Positions 46,951-57,800 of a stretch of DNA of 64,000 bases are shown piece after piece (position 1 is the first letter of the stretch; every line of letters starts with the position of its first letter). The stretch spans positions 3,076,436 through 3,140,435 of the forward strand of contig SMSO01000031.1 in assembly GCA_004764695.1 (NCBI GenBank). The letters are read 5' to 3'. Source of the DNA: Schizochytrium sp. TIO01. Its lineage: Eukaryota > Protista > Bigyra: Labyrinthulomycetes. Below the pieces are notes generated by a model. It was not told where the DNA came from. It was given only the letters and a program-made list of their open reading frames with translations, and did no database searches. A program made the position numbers and the translations under genes.

Positions 46951-47758
46951 AGAGTCTTTTGCGATCCCCCAAGGCAAACTTGGCGCCGCCTTCTAACCCA
47001 CGTGTGTTCATGGACATTCGGATTGGGGATGTTCCGGTGGGGCAAATCGTTTTTGAGGTACGTCTCATCCAATCCAGGCGAGGATGACTATAATTTGCAA
47101 GGGCGACAGCTTCGATGTCTAACTGCACTATAATTTTGTATGCGATTCTTTGTGCGTTGGCACCACAAGCTTCGAACACTAATGATACCAACCTTTGTTG
47201 ACGTGAGTAGCTTCGGAGAGATTTAGCAACAATTACCTGCGAAAATTTTGTGAAGTTATGTACAGGGGAAATGGGTCTCTCTGAGTCCGGGTTCGAGCTT
47301 TCTTACAAGGGCTGGTAAGTGCTGCACAAAGCTTTAATATGCCATGTGAGATCCATAAGAGTCATGAGAAACTCGGAAAACTAATGAAAATGGCAAAAAG
47401 TAGTGACTTTCATCGTATCGTTCCTAATGAGGTTTGCCAATGTGGAGATTTTACGAAGAGGGATGGCACGGGAGGGGAGTCTGCATTCGGAAAGAACTTT
47501 GCAGATGAAACATATGCGCTTACGCATGCAGGGCCAGGTGTTCTCTCTATGGTCAACTCAGGACCAGACTCGAATCGGAGCCAGTTCTTCGTTACATTCG
47601 CACGGATGCCAAGTCTGGATAACCAGCATGTTGTTTTTGGATATATCGTTGAGGGGATGGACATCTTACGGCGTATTGAGGGCTGTGGTACAGCAAGTGG
47701 TAAGCCAAAGCAAAGCGTCACAATTAGTGACTGTGGTGTTGTACAGAAATCTTTTTGA
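46951..47758 (+). CDS. Cyclophilin-type PPIase domain, spliced (exons 46951-47057, 47211-47314, 47404-47758); 5' exons unresolved
   Basis: Joined exons read NPRVFMDIRIGDVPVGQIVFE|LRRDLATITCENFVKLCTGE..LSYKGC|DFHRIVP..GDFTKRDGTGGES..HVVFG, with canonical GT-AG boundaries and consistent phases. Confidence 0.88.
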
Positions 47759-48335
47759 AGAAATTATCAATCGAAAAAATGTAAAGGGTAGTAGTAGAAC
47801 CTAGGAGAGTCTTGGTAACCGACTGGGAGACTAAGCGAGCGCCAAAGTTCACTTGGCTGTCGGTCAGCAAGCAGTCTATCCAGGTGAACTTGGAATGCCT
47901 GGTTTTCTTCTATACGTTGAGACTCTGGTTGAAGTACAGGAGGCCTGGAATAACTGTCTGTACATGTGATGCACAGTTTTTTTAATGCATTTCAAGACAA
48001 GCATGTACTGCGAAGTAGGCCTAGAAATTTTATGTAGATTACCAGCAGATTTCCCCAACGAGTGTAAACGAAGAGCTGTAGAAGAGGCAAGCATAAGTAG
48101 GAGAGCACGAAATCAACCTATTCCCATTAGCAGAACATACCGGTGCTACTTCTGCAGATGTCATAGCTTAAGATCTCACCATGGTAGCTTAGAACACAAC
48201 GATGTACCTGATCTTTAAGTTATGAAGATCATTACCCATGTCAGATATGACGAAAAATCGATGTTGATTTGGGTGTTGTAGATGGTACTGAACAAGAAGT
48301 GGTCATTGTGATTGAAGTCTCGTCCAAAGCCGTGC

Positions 48336-48623
48336 TCACTTGCTCTCGGTCTGGGCGGCAGTAGGGAGGTTGCCTTGGTATCCGGAGTCATCGAAGTCCT
48401 TCTTGTTTTGTGCACTGAGGTAAGCTCCGTAGGCGAGGGCCCCGAGCGTGGCGCCTTGAGCGAGCACACGGGCGCGCATCATCCTCTGGGAAAGCACCTT
48501 GTTGCCGTTCTTAAAGCTCACCACACCACCGATGAGCACGCCAGCCGTCACCAAGCAGCCAAGAGGCACGAGCGGCTCGGCGTAGAGCTTGGAAACAATC
48601 TTGTCACGAGATCCCTGGTCCAT
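48336..48623 (-). CDS. HIG1-domain protein (Rcf1/HIGD-like respiratory supercomplex factor)
   Basis: 95 aa: EPLVPLGCLVTAGVL, SQRMMRARVLAQG, two hydrophobic segments. Confidence 0.93.
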   Translation of the reverse strand: MDQGSRDKIVSKLYAEPLVPLGCLVTAGVLIGGVVSFKNGNKVLSQRMMRARVLAQGATLGALAYGAYLSAQNKKDFDDSGYQGNLPTAAQTESK

Positions 48624-49288
48624 GGTTGCTGAAAGCGAGAGCTGCAGAGGTCAAGCTAGTCGATCGGTATATTGATTTCGATTTGATTCTCCGCGATGGT
48701 TGAAGACTGTTTCTTTCTTTGCCTCAGTAGTCGTGATAGCTGACTATGCAACTCTACCGTAGACAATCTATAGTAATCAAAGTCCCTCTTCCTCTGCTTA
48801 TTCCTCTCTGTAGAGTTAAACTAAGTTTCTTCAAGTTCACTTTATAAGAGATCAATCAACAAAACTTGAGCAGGAAATATTCTTTCTATTAAAAGTGAAA
48901 GCTCATCAACTTAAATTAAAGAAGTACGCCGCTTAAAGATGAAGCGAAGCATTCATCTCCAGTTGGATGAGCGAATTCAACTTACATCCCTTGTTGTAAG
49001 ATGCTGCTTTGGGTAGCTCTCGGCCGCCCTTGCCATCGTCAACGCTCCCTCTGCCAAACGTCAGCGGCTGGGACTGCCTGGGGCTGGCCAGTGCAGTTGA
49101 ACAGCCGTCGAGTGTTAGGACTTGCGGCGCGGTGTATCTAATTCATTGCATTGCTCTGCTCTGTCTGTCTCTGATCTGATGGAAAGTTTTTTTTTACACA
49201 GAGAGAGAGAAAGAAAAAAGAGAAAATAAAAAGAGAAAGAGAAAAGCGAAAGAAGCAGAGAAAAGAAAAGAGCAAAACATTGATTGCG

Positions 49289-49399
49289 AGTTAGTTAGTT
49301 AGTTAGTTAGTGAATTATTCACTTAGTTAGTTATTTACTTAGTTAGTTATTTACTTAGTTAGTTATTTACTTAGTTAGTTAGTTATTTAGTTAATTAGT
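49289..49399. repeat. Imperfect (TTAG)n array with a recurring 16-bp unit TTACTTAGTTAGTTAT
   Basis: Directly visible. Confidence 0.9.
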
Positions 49400-49942
49400 T
49401 CGCTGATTGAGAATAGTTGATTTCCACCAATCTCGCTCTGCGCAAACCAAAGCGTGTGGCAAAAGTCCGCAGAGAAGCACTAAAGCAAGCCCGCATCGGG
49501 GCTGGTCCAGCGGGAGTCCAAGGCCTGTTGCGTGTGCGAGAGATCGAAGTTGCCACGGCCTTTAGGCCTCCGAAGAACCGGAGATCTAGCCTCTCATTCA
49601 TTCATTCATTCATTCATTCATTCATCATTGTACAATGTAGAGATGCATATATGTATGTATATACATACATAAATATATAAAAACTAGAAAACCCTCTTTT
49701 GACCAACAACATCGATCGATCAATCGATTCACGACCAAGACAGATGAGCGAATGAATAGTGAGTGCCTAAACCCAAAGCAAGCAAGCTGTCCCTCGACGA
49801 GAGCAATGCGGCGGAGCAGCCGGGTGCGCGGGTCTCCTGGCTCAGAGCCGGCACTCGTTGCTTGCGCTGCTTTTCCCACTCGGAGGTCGAGAACTCGGAC
49901 TTTTCAGGCACGAGGATCCATCCTTTCGGCGCTATACTTTAC

Positions 49943-50080
49943 TTTGATTTGATTTGCTTTGCTTTGATTTGCTTTGCTTTGATTTGCTTTGCTTTGATTT
50001 GCTTTGCTTTGATTTGATTTGATTTGCTTTGCTTTGCTTTGATTTGCTTTGATTTGCTCTGATTTGCTGTGATTTGCTTT
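49943..50080. repeat. (TTTGA/TTTGC)n pentanucleotide microsatellite
   Basis: Directly visible; it produces the ICFAL and ANQSK ORFs. Confidence 0.95.
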
Positions 50081-50699
50081 CTTTCTTAGAGTCCTTCGAG
50101 ACACTCATGTATGTAAGGAGGGCCTCGACCCACTCAGTCAGTGTCCAGGCCATCTCCTTTTCCCCGTCGCTCGTACGATCAAAGTTTAGCCGTATCATTT
50201 CCATTTTGGCCTTGACTTTGCGGTTTGTTACTTTCGTTTCTAGTTTCTATGAAACTAATATGTGCTATGCAACTAACTATCTAGGACAACTCTCATGCCG
50301 AAATGATGACCTGACTAACCATTACTAAGTATAGGGCCAATATAAGAACTTTCTAAACTATCAGGGTTTTCATCATCAGGTAAGAGACTTTTTTTTATCA
50401 GATACAATAGGGTTCGTTATAGGGAGATAGACCGTCGAGCAAAAGAGGACGAGCAAGGCAACGAAGTCCCTACAGAGGCACGCAGGTTCGCCGGCCGCTG
50501 TCCATTCTACCCACGACTGTGATGACTATAAAAAAGAAAGGCGTGGAATCTGGGTGTTTCAATATATTTGGCCTCACACACCCCTAGCGCCGAACGTTCC
50601 GAGACAAGTTTCCCTCGTTCGATTCAAAGGATGTAAGCTAGCAAGCAAGTCCCAAACTGAGAGCGCCTAGGAATACACAGAACGAGCAAACTGGCAAGG

Positions 50700-53593
50700 A
50701 TGGCGGATGGCGCAGCAAGCCAGACGTGGGCTTCTCCACTTCACGATGTCCTCGCCCGCTATGAGAATGCGGAAAGGACCGTGGGAGAACTAAACAAAAA
50801 GATCAAGAAGCTCTATGATTCACTACTCAAGACGGAAGGCATCAGCGAAGAAATAGCCACGCGCTATGAGGAATCCATTGAGCAGGCTGAGCAGCAGCTG
50901 AAAGAGGCACGAGATCAACATAGCTTTTATAAGGTGATGTCACCGATCTCCAATGCCCTGGATACTACATATCGGCAAATCATAACCGACCGGAAGGTAT
51001 TTCTCGATCCCGTGGAAGTCTTCGAGCCAAAAGGCACATTCAAGGAACTTCTCCGTCCCGAAGCCAAGGTTCCGCGAAATCTCGCCTCCAGTCGCACACT
51101 CCCTGATTTCCTTACTCATGGTCTTGAGGAGCGTTTTAGTAACGGTACCCCACTCTTTCAAGATATTGTTGATGGTCGCCACGAATCACCTGTGGGATTT
51201 TACGGCACCTCGGGTGCTGGAAAGACAAGATCAATTTTTGAGATTTTTGCGAGAAGCTATGGACTGTATTTCGTCGCCGCTGATGCCCGTACGCTCAATC
51301 CAGGCAGCTCCGATGTCGAAGTCATTTACAACACACTGGAAAGATTTGTCGAAAAATCTACACAGGTGGAAAATAATAAGATTCTAAGCGTCTACATAAA
51401 CGAATTGATACTCTGCCGACTTCTAGTTTTCTGCGCACTTCGACACGCCCTCAATAGTCTCGGAAAAGAACTTACCTGTGAGCTATGGCTTCGCGTACAG
51501 CTTGCGCCAATACACTACTTCGGACATGATGTCTTTACATCACTCCTCTATAAGTTTGTTTACAGATATTCATTAGGGGTTGGCGGAGTCATTAAATTGA
51601 GTGAAAGTATGACTCATTTAGAGCCCTGCTTAGACCTCGTCTGGCAAAACACCCATCGCTCGATAGGTACTATCAAGTTTAATGTGGCCATGGACGAAGC
51701 AAATGTACTAGCAAGAAAATTTATGGGCTATTTTGTCTCCTCTGAAGACCAAGGGCAGGGACGATCTTTACTGTCACCATTTTTCAAAACGCTCAGGGAG
51801 ATAGTACGTGAACGCAAACTCATATATCACCCCATTTTTTCCGGTACGGGTTTCTCGATCGCCCACATAATAACACAACTTTCCAGTGCGACTGGAAAAG
51901 TGTCCCTCAACGACACCTTGCATTACGATTTTAAGTCACTAGACAAGGATGGCGTTAAAGCCTATCTTGAAAGTATTCTGGACTTGAGCCAATTAGATAA
52001 GAACATTCTTGAGTATACGTGCAGGTGGCTTACAGGAAGACCCAGGTGGACAGTTGCATTCATAGATCTCCTGTTGGAACGAGTTTATGCTGAGAATACC
52101 GACCTCAACACGATGTTCCTCGAGCATATACGACGCTTCGTCACCTTCATGACACAACCGAACGCATTCAGTACTGCATCAACGAATGAACGTGAATCAA
52201 GATTATTCTGGCGCTATGGAGCAAGCTCCACCGCACGGCATACAATCGAGTGGTTCAAAGCCGATACGAATGCCGATAGACTCAACAAAATCAAAGAGGC
52301 ACTCGTGATGCATCTCTTCACAGATCAATCCGCCCCATTATCGGGGGAATTTACGCCGGACCTGGTCAATGTAGGAATGTGCCAAGTCAGCACAGTGACT
52401 CATGGGCGGTCACGAAGAACACCGTCGATATTCATGTCGCGTTTGAGGAACCTCTGATACTCGAGGCGGCACTACATAGCTTTCTTGAGGACAACTCCCT
52501 CCCCACGTTTGTTAAAGACGCAATTTTGACGCGTGAAAGGGACAATACCAAGCCTCCGGCAGTCTATATGGAGTATTATACCGTTCTATGTGCTTTCAAA
52601 AACATGGAGTCTACGCTAGACAATGCAAAGTATGTCATTGGTGGGGAGGATGATGAAGACCCCCGTGAAAGGCCTTTTGAAGAACTTGAAATGCCCACAA
52701 GATCGTCATTTGGAAAATTGGTGCGGAATTGTAGCCAGGACCTTGAGGGGACGTTGGACTGGTTAGAAAACATGAACGAATTCTCCTCGTTGGGCTTGAT
52801 GGATTTCGTCGAGCCCTTTTGTTACCCCTTTAACAATTTTGGTGCTGATGTGATAACGATGATGCATCGTACATCGGTGACGGATCTCACTAGCGATGAA
52901 GCTTTCGTCCCCGTCATGATACAGGTTAAACACCCCAACCCTACTGAAGACGCTACGAGCTTAAACGATCTGAATAGAAAGGCACTACTTAGTGTATTTC
53001 CGGAACTGGTTTTCAGGTCGAAGACCATGTCGGAGGCATATGAGTATAATGGGGCTAAATACAATCTCTTTCACTGGGGCGTCTACAATAAGAAAACATT
53101 AGAAAAAATACTCGATAGATGTCAACAGTTCTTCCGAGTTAGCAAGCTGGACCTGAGCAAGGCCTCTGATCAGCGAAAGAATGAAGTTGAAGCTGAAAAC
53201 CAATACATGTGTAATGGGAATGGTAAGGAGCTCTCATGCACTGAATTCCAAATGGATTTAGATTGGCAATCCCGCCGTCGTCCTGTGATAATGATGGTTT
53301 GTCAGACAGGACCAGGGAGTGATTTTTTGACCTCTTTCTTGCGTCACCCAGGCCACGGCGACGCTGATCCAAGGCAAATTGCAATATCAGATCTTGATAA
53401 CCTTAGTGAAAACATCCAAGCTCTCGATTGCAGCAGCAATCGCTGTGAAGAGGGAATCCATGACATATTTTTGGCCATTGATGGTGTTCATGGTAAACTT
53501 ACAGATATTTTTTGAGGGGACAATCAATTTATCGAATCTGTAAGAGAAGCGACGCAGTATAACAGAGTGGTTAGAAGAAGAAGAAGACGTTAA
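50700..53593 (+). pseudogene. Crinkler (CR)-type effector-like gene: helical header + P-loop NTPase + putative PD-(D/E)xK nuclease; frameshift near 52385-52440 and in-frame TGA at 53513
   Basis: Walker A GTSGAGKT followed by YGLYF..NPGSSD, Walker B FNVAMDEAN, IFSGTG, LTGRPRW. The second frame carries EPLILEAA and FGADVI...PVMIQVK. It could be intact if the lesions are sequence errors. Confidence 0.7.
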
Positions 53594-54819
53594 ATTTAAT
53601 TTGATAACTATTACAATCATGAATCGAAATAAAGCTTGTTGTTTTCGTTAGAATACAAGTCAAATAATAAATGACCTTCTTTGAGCAGCTTACTGGTACG
53701 AAACAGAAACACTCCTTGGACCTTAGTGAGACTAGTTCCGTCGGGGAGGATTTCAGTGCATGGTCTGATTTTGGTGATGAGTTACATGTCGATGATAATG
53801 ATCAAGTGAATGCAAATGTTGGTATGGCAGCGGCAGCGGCAGAAACAGTTTCAATTCAGATTGGGAAAATGGTGATCAATTAAATCCTCCACAGAATTTT
53901 GACCAGCATCCGACATCAGGATCGTCTAAAATACGACGGGTAGATGATGATCAAACAGATCTTACGTGGTATTTTAAGCCACCACCAGGATCGTCCGATT
54001 TAGATTGGGAAGATTGATTGATAGGAGGTACTACTAGGTACCTCCTATTAGGTATTTCTTTTTAAAAGTTCTTCTTTGGGATTGAAAAGGAGAGACCTCT
54101 TGTAGACGAGGAGAACTCTGAGGCTTAAAGAAGGATATGACTCGGAAGAGCGCATTTCTCGGGTCTGCGATGAAGAAGATGATTAACAAACAACCAACCT
54201 GAAGCAAGTTTGGAATTATAAAACCTCTGTGGGAGGACCTTCCGATTGCTCGCACTGAAGAAGATAACCTCATCGAAGACCCAGAAAGATATACGTTCTA
54301 CCTACATACTAGATAGATACATGTCTTGGAGGCGGCTACTCTGTCACGTGAGGATTTTCATCGCCTACCCTTAAAGAGCGCCCTTGCCGCGGTTTGCACA
54401 CAGCACTTTGGTGCAGGAATTACACTGGGCCAAGCAGTAAGACTAAGTAGGTGAAAGCAGGAGATGGCGTGCAATTTTGACGGGGCGTAACTCCGGAGAA
54501 TTGTGGCCAGTGGGCAGGACTGCGCAAGGCCTACTGCTAGGTAGGTACACCGGAGGCCTCAAGAGGATTTCACTGGGCACTTGTAAAAGACGGATCTGCG
54601 GCAGGTAGATGGTTGGTTTATCGGAGCAAAATTGGGCAATTCATTTTAGCTTCAAAAAATGTGAAATTGTCAAGGTCCAAGTATTTGTGTTTCTCTCTAG
54701 AGCTCTCTGAGATGTGGGACTGCAAACAATGAAGAGGAGGGTATGGAAGCTGTAAGTAGAGGCTGTATACAACAAACATAAATACAAAAAAATCATTTAT
54801 GTGGGTATAGGGATAAGTT

Positions 54820-57800
54820 TTACATTCGCTGCGCTTGGGGGAAAAACTTGGGATTGAGAGCTACGGCGTCAGTAGTTCTGGTAATAGACTTGGTAGAAAT
54901 CCTCAGAAAACGCTTCTGACCAGTGTTGTATTTATAAAACGAATCAATCATAGAAGCGTCAACTGTCGCCGGCAAGTGCTTCGCACCTTGCAATTTGCGT
55001 AGGCTGTTAGTATCGCGGTCCACCACGTAGATGCCACGGAATTTAAGCGCCACTTCATTGCGGAATAGAATCACATACTGAGCATTGCGAAATTCTGCAA
55101 GCCCACTCGAAGATCGGTCCTCTAAACCACGAATGATATTGTCACGGCGCTGGACATGATGAGCACCGGCAAGACAGACATGAGTGATGGCATTCATAAT
55201 CAGCTTCAAATTCGACTTGGTGGCAATTTCGATTGTAGGGGCAATCTCAGGAGGAAGTTCACACACACTTGGGGGGTGGGTTCCTCGAGCTGATGTTGCT
55301 CCTCCAGTAAATACTGATGTTTCGTCAAGGCTTTGCCGACGATGCTGTTGAAGCGAAGATGGTTGACCCTCTCCCCTTCGCCCCGAAGAGGTATGCGCTG
55401 AGTCTAAGCTTGAGCGACTTGATGCCTTACCCTGGTCCCAAGCCATAGAATGATGTTGAGGTTCCAAATGCCGTGCACTGCCCCACCCTGCTGGGCTGCT
55501 TTGTCTCTTTCCAGACACAGGTACAACACCAGGAGCCGCAGCCCCACTGAGTGTCGAATGGCCACTTCGAGCACTGTACAGAGGAATATCATGCTGAAAA
55601 GTTTCACCACCCTCATGGGTAAAGTTGTGTTTTTCTGTGACTTCTTCATCAGGCGCTTGTCGTAGCGGCACATACTGCTGCTTTTGCTGAGCATTTGCTC
55701 GTCGCCGCAGCCGCTCTTCATTTTCTGCAAACTTTCGGCGTTTCATCTCTTCAAACTTGCGCTGTCGACGCAAGCGTTCTTCTCTGTTTCCAGCATCGTC
55801 CAAGGGAATTTCAATGCTAAACAATTTTTCCTGAGTGGTTGGTGACAGTTGTGCATCATGATCATTATGCTCCACTTCAGCTAGATGCGGCAGATTATTA
55901 CTGTTATCTATCGCAGGACTGTCATGATTACCAATACTTGTCTCGGAAGGTTGAAGATCTTTTGGTTTCTGATCTTTTGTTCGACAAGCCCGTGATTTCG
56001 ATGACGAGCTTGAAGGAATTGCTTCTTGAATGTCGAAATCCTTTGGGTCTGCAATCCCTTGGCTATTGTGATCACTAGCAAATGTAAACGGGGAATCCAT
56101 GCATGTTGATGCTGGTGGAGCAACGGAAAGACTGCCATCTGAGAGATCTGACCACGAGGTATCAAGTTCTTGAGGTTTCGTTTCCGGTACGTCATGGTTC
56201 TCGTCTACCTGCAGCTCTTCAAGTTCTTGCGAAAGACATTGAGCGATGTGTCTTCGGCGCTCTATAATCAAACGATCTTCAACTTTTCTTTCTTGCATGA
56301 TAGCAACGCGCTGCATCCTTAAACGCTCAAGAATCTCGTCTCTGCCAACCTGTCCTAAGGCGGGGGCACTCCGACTACTCAGGAACCCTGCTCGTGAAGA
56401 TTGCCCTTGATCAGAGTGCCCGCGAGCGCTCTGCACTGACTCAGAGCGCGAAGATCTATCATCCTTTCGTTCTTGGTTATGAACTTGTGAATTAGTTCTT
56501 TTGGAGTAGTGTTGATCAAGTGCTACCTTCCGTTTGGATTCCACCTTTGCTAGCTTCTTTTGTGATGTCTTATTGGTCAACGAAGGAGCACTTTGAGTGT
56601 GTTGCGAAGTCCTCTCAGTTTGTCCAGATGTGACTGTCTTAATAAAAGGCTCATCTGATTGTGAGACTTCAGTTTTTGATAGTTTCTGGGGATCTTGTAA
56701 TGACTTTTCTGTTCCAATTGAGTCATCGTCTCCCCCGTGCTGCGCGTGATCCACATTCTCTTGTGAAGAAGACTTATGGCTATCTATCCCTCCTCGGTTG
56801 AGTGCATTGTCGGTGTTGAATTTTCCAGATGATCTGGGTGAAGAAGTTTCAGCATCATGGAGTCCTGGCGTGTCTCTATCGACATGTCCTGTTGAATTAC
56901 CATAACTGACCGGATTGTCATTATTATCATGATCACTAGAGCTGGCTGTGCTGTCATGAACATGATTATCCTCTGCTCGAATGCTTTTGTGAACATCCAG
57001 GTAGCCATTCGGGTGATTGTTATCATTCATACGGCCCTCAAAAGGGAGGATACCATGAAACCTTGCGTAGTCACCATCACCAAGCTCTCGCGAGTGATTA
57101 AACGATGCATCACGAAGTTTACCCTCAAAACCAGTATCACCTTCGTCTAGTGGACTATCAAGCAGAAATGCTCGTCTCCGTGCTTCACGAGTGTCTAAAT
57201 CTACTTCCGCCTCAGAATTTTCATCATCACTATCATCGCTTAGAACACTTGAAGCTATAGTAGCATCCAGATTCATCTTTTCTTCCCTTGATGATCTATT
57301 AGCCTTATTCTGGAGAGTGTCGATATCTTCGAGGTCTAACTCAATGTCTTCGTTGTATTCCCTCCGTTTTTCTTCATGATACAGCTTCTGATATGCACCA
57401 TCTTCCATTTCCATAGAATTGTTATCTGTGCGATCTTCAAAGTTAGCAAGCTCGGGATAGTTTCGTTCGCGCTTTTTATTGATATCATTAGCATGAGTAA
57501 ATTCTTCTTCTTCTTCTTCTGAGGTTTGATGAAACTTCTCTCTTTGTGTTCGCAATCGTTTCGACTGCTCGTTACGCTCTTTGACTAGACGCTCCCTAAA
57601 GCTTGACTCTTCTTCTTGTCTCCGTTCCAAATCTATCTGTTGTCTTTTGAGTTCTTCTTCGCGCAAAAGACGCCCCTTGCTTAACCCGCTCCTGCTTAAA
57701 ATGTTCTTTCTCGAGGCGCTCTTTCTCGAGGCGCTCTTTCTCAAGGCGTTCTTTCTCAAGACGCTCTTGCTCAAGACGCTCTTGCTCAAGACGCTCTTGC

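Noticed and set aside
44387-48623. Mitochondrial gene cluster (TOM5-like and HIG1)
   Set aside because: Two genes separated by unrelated loci; consistent with chance.
49289-49399. Possible interstitial telomeric repeat
   Set aside because: The unit is TTAG without the G-run of TTAGGG-type telomeres; treated as an ordinary microsatellite.
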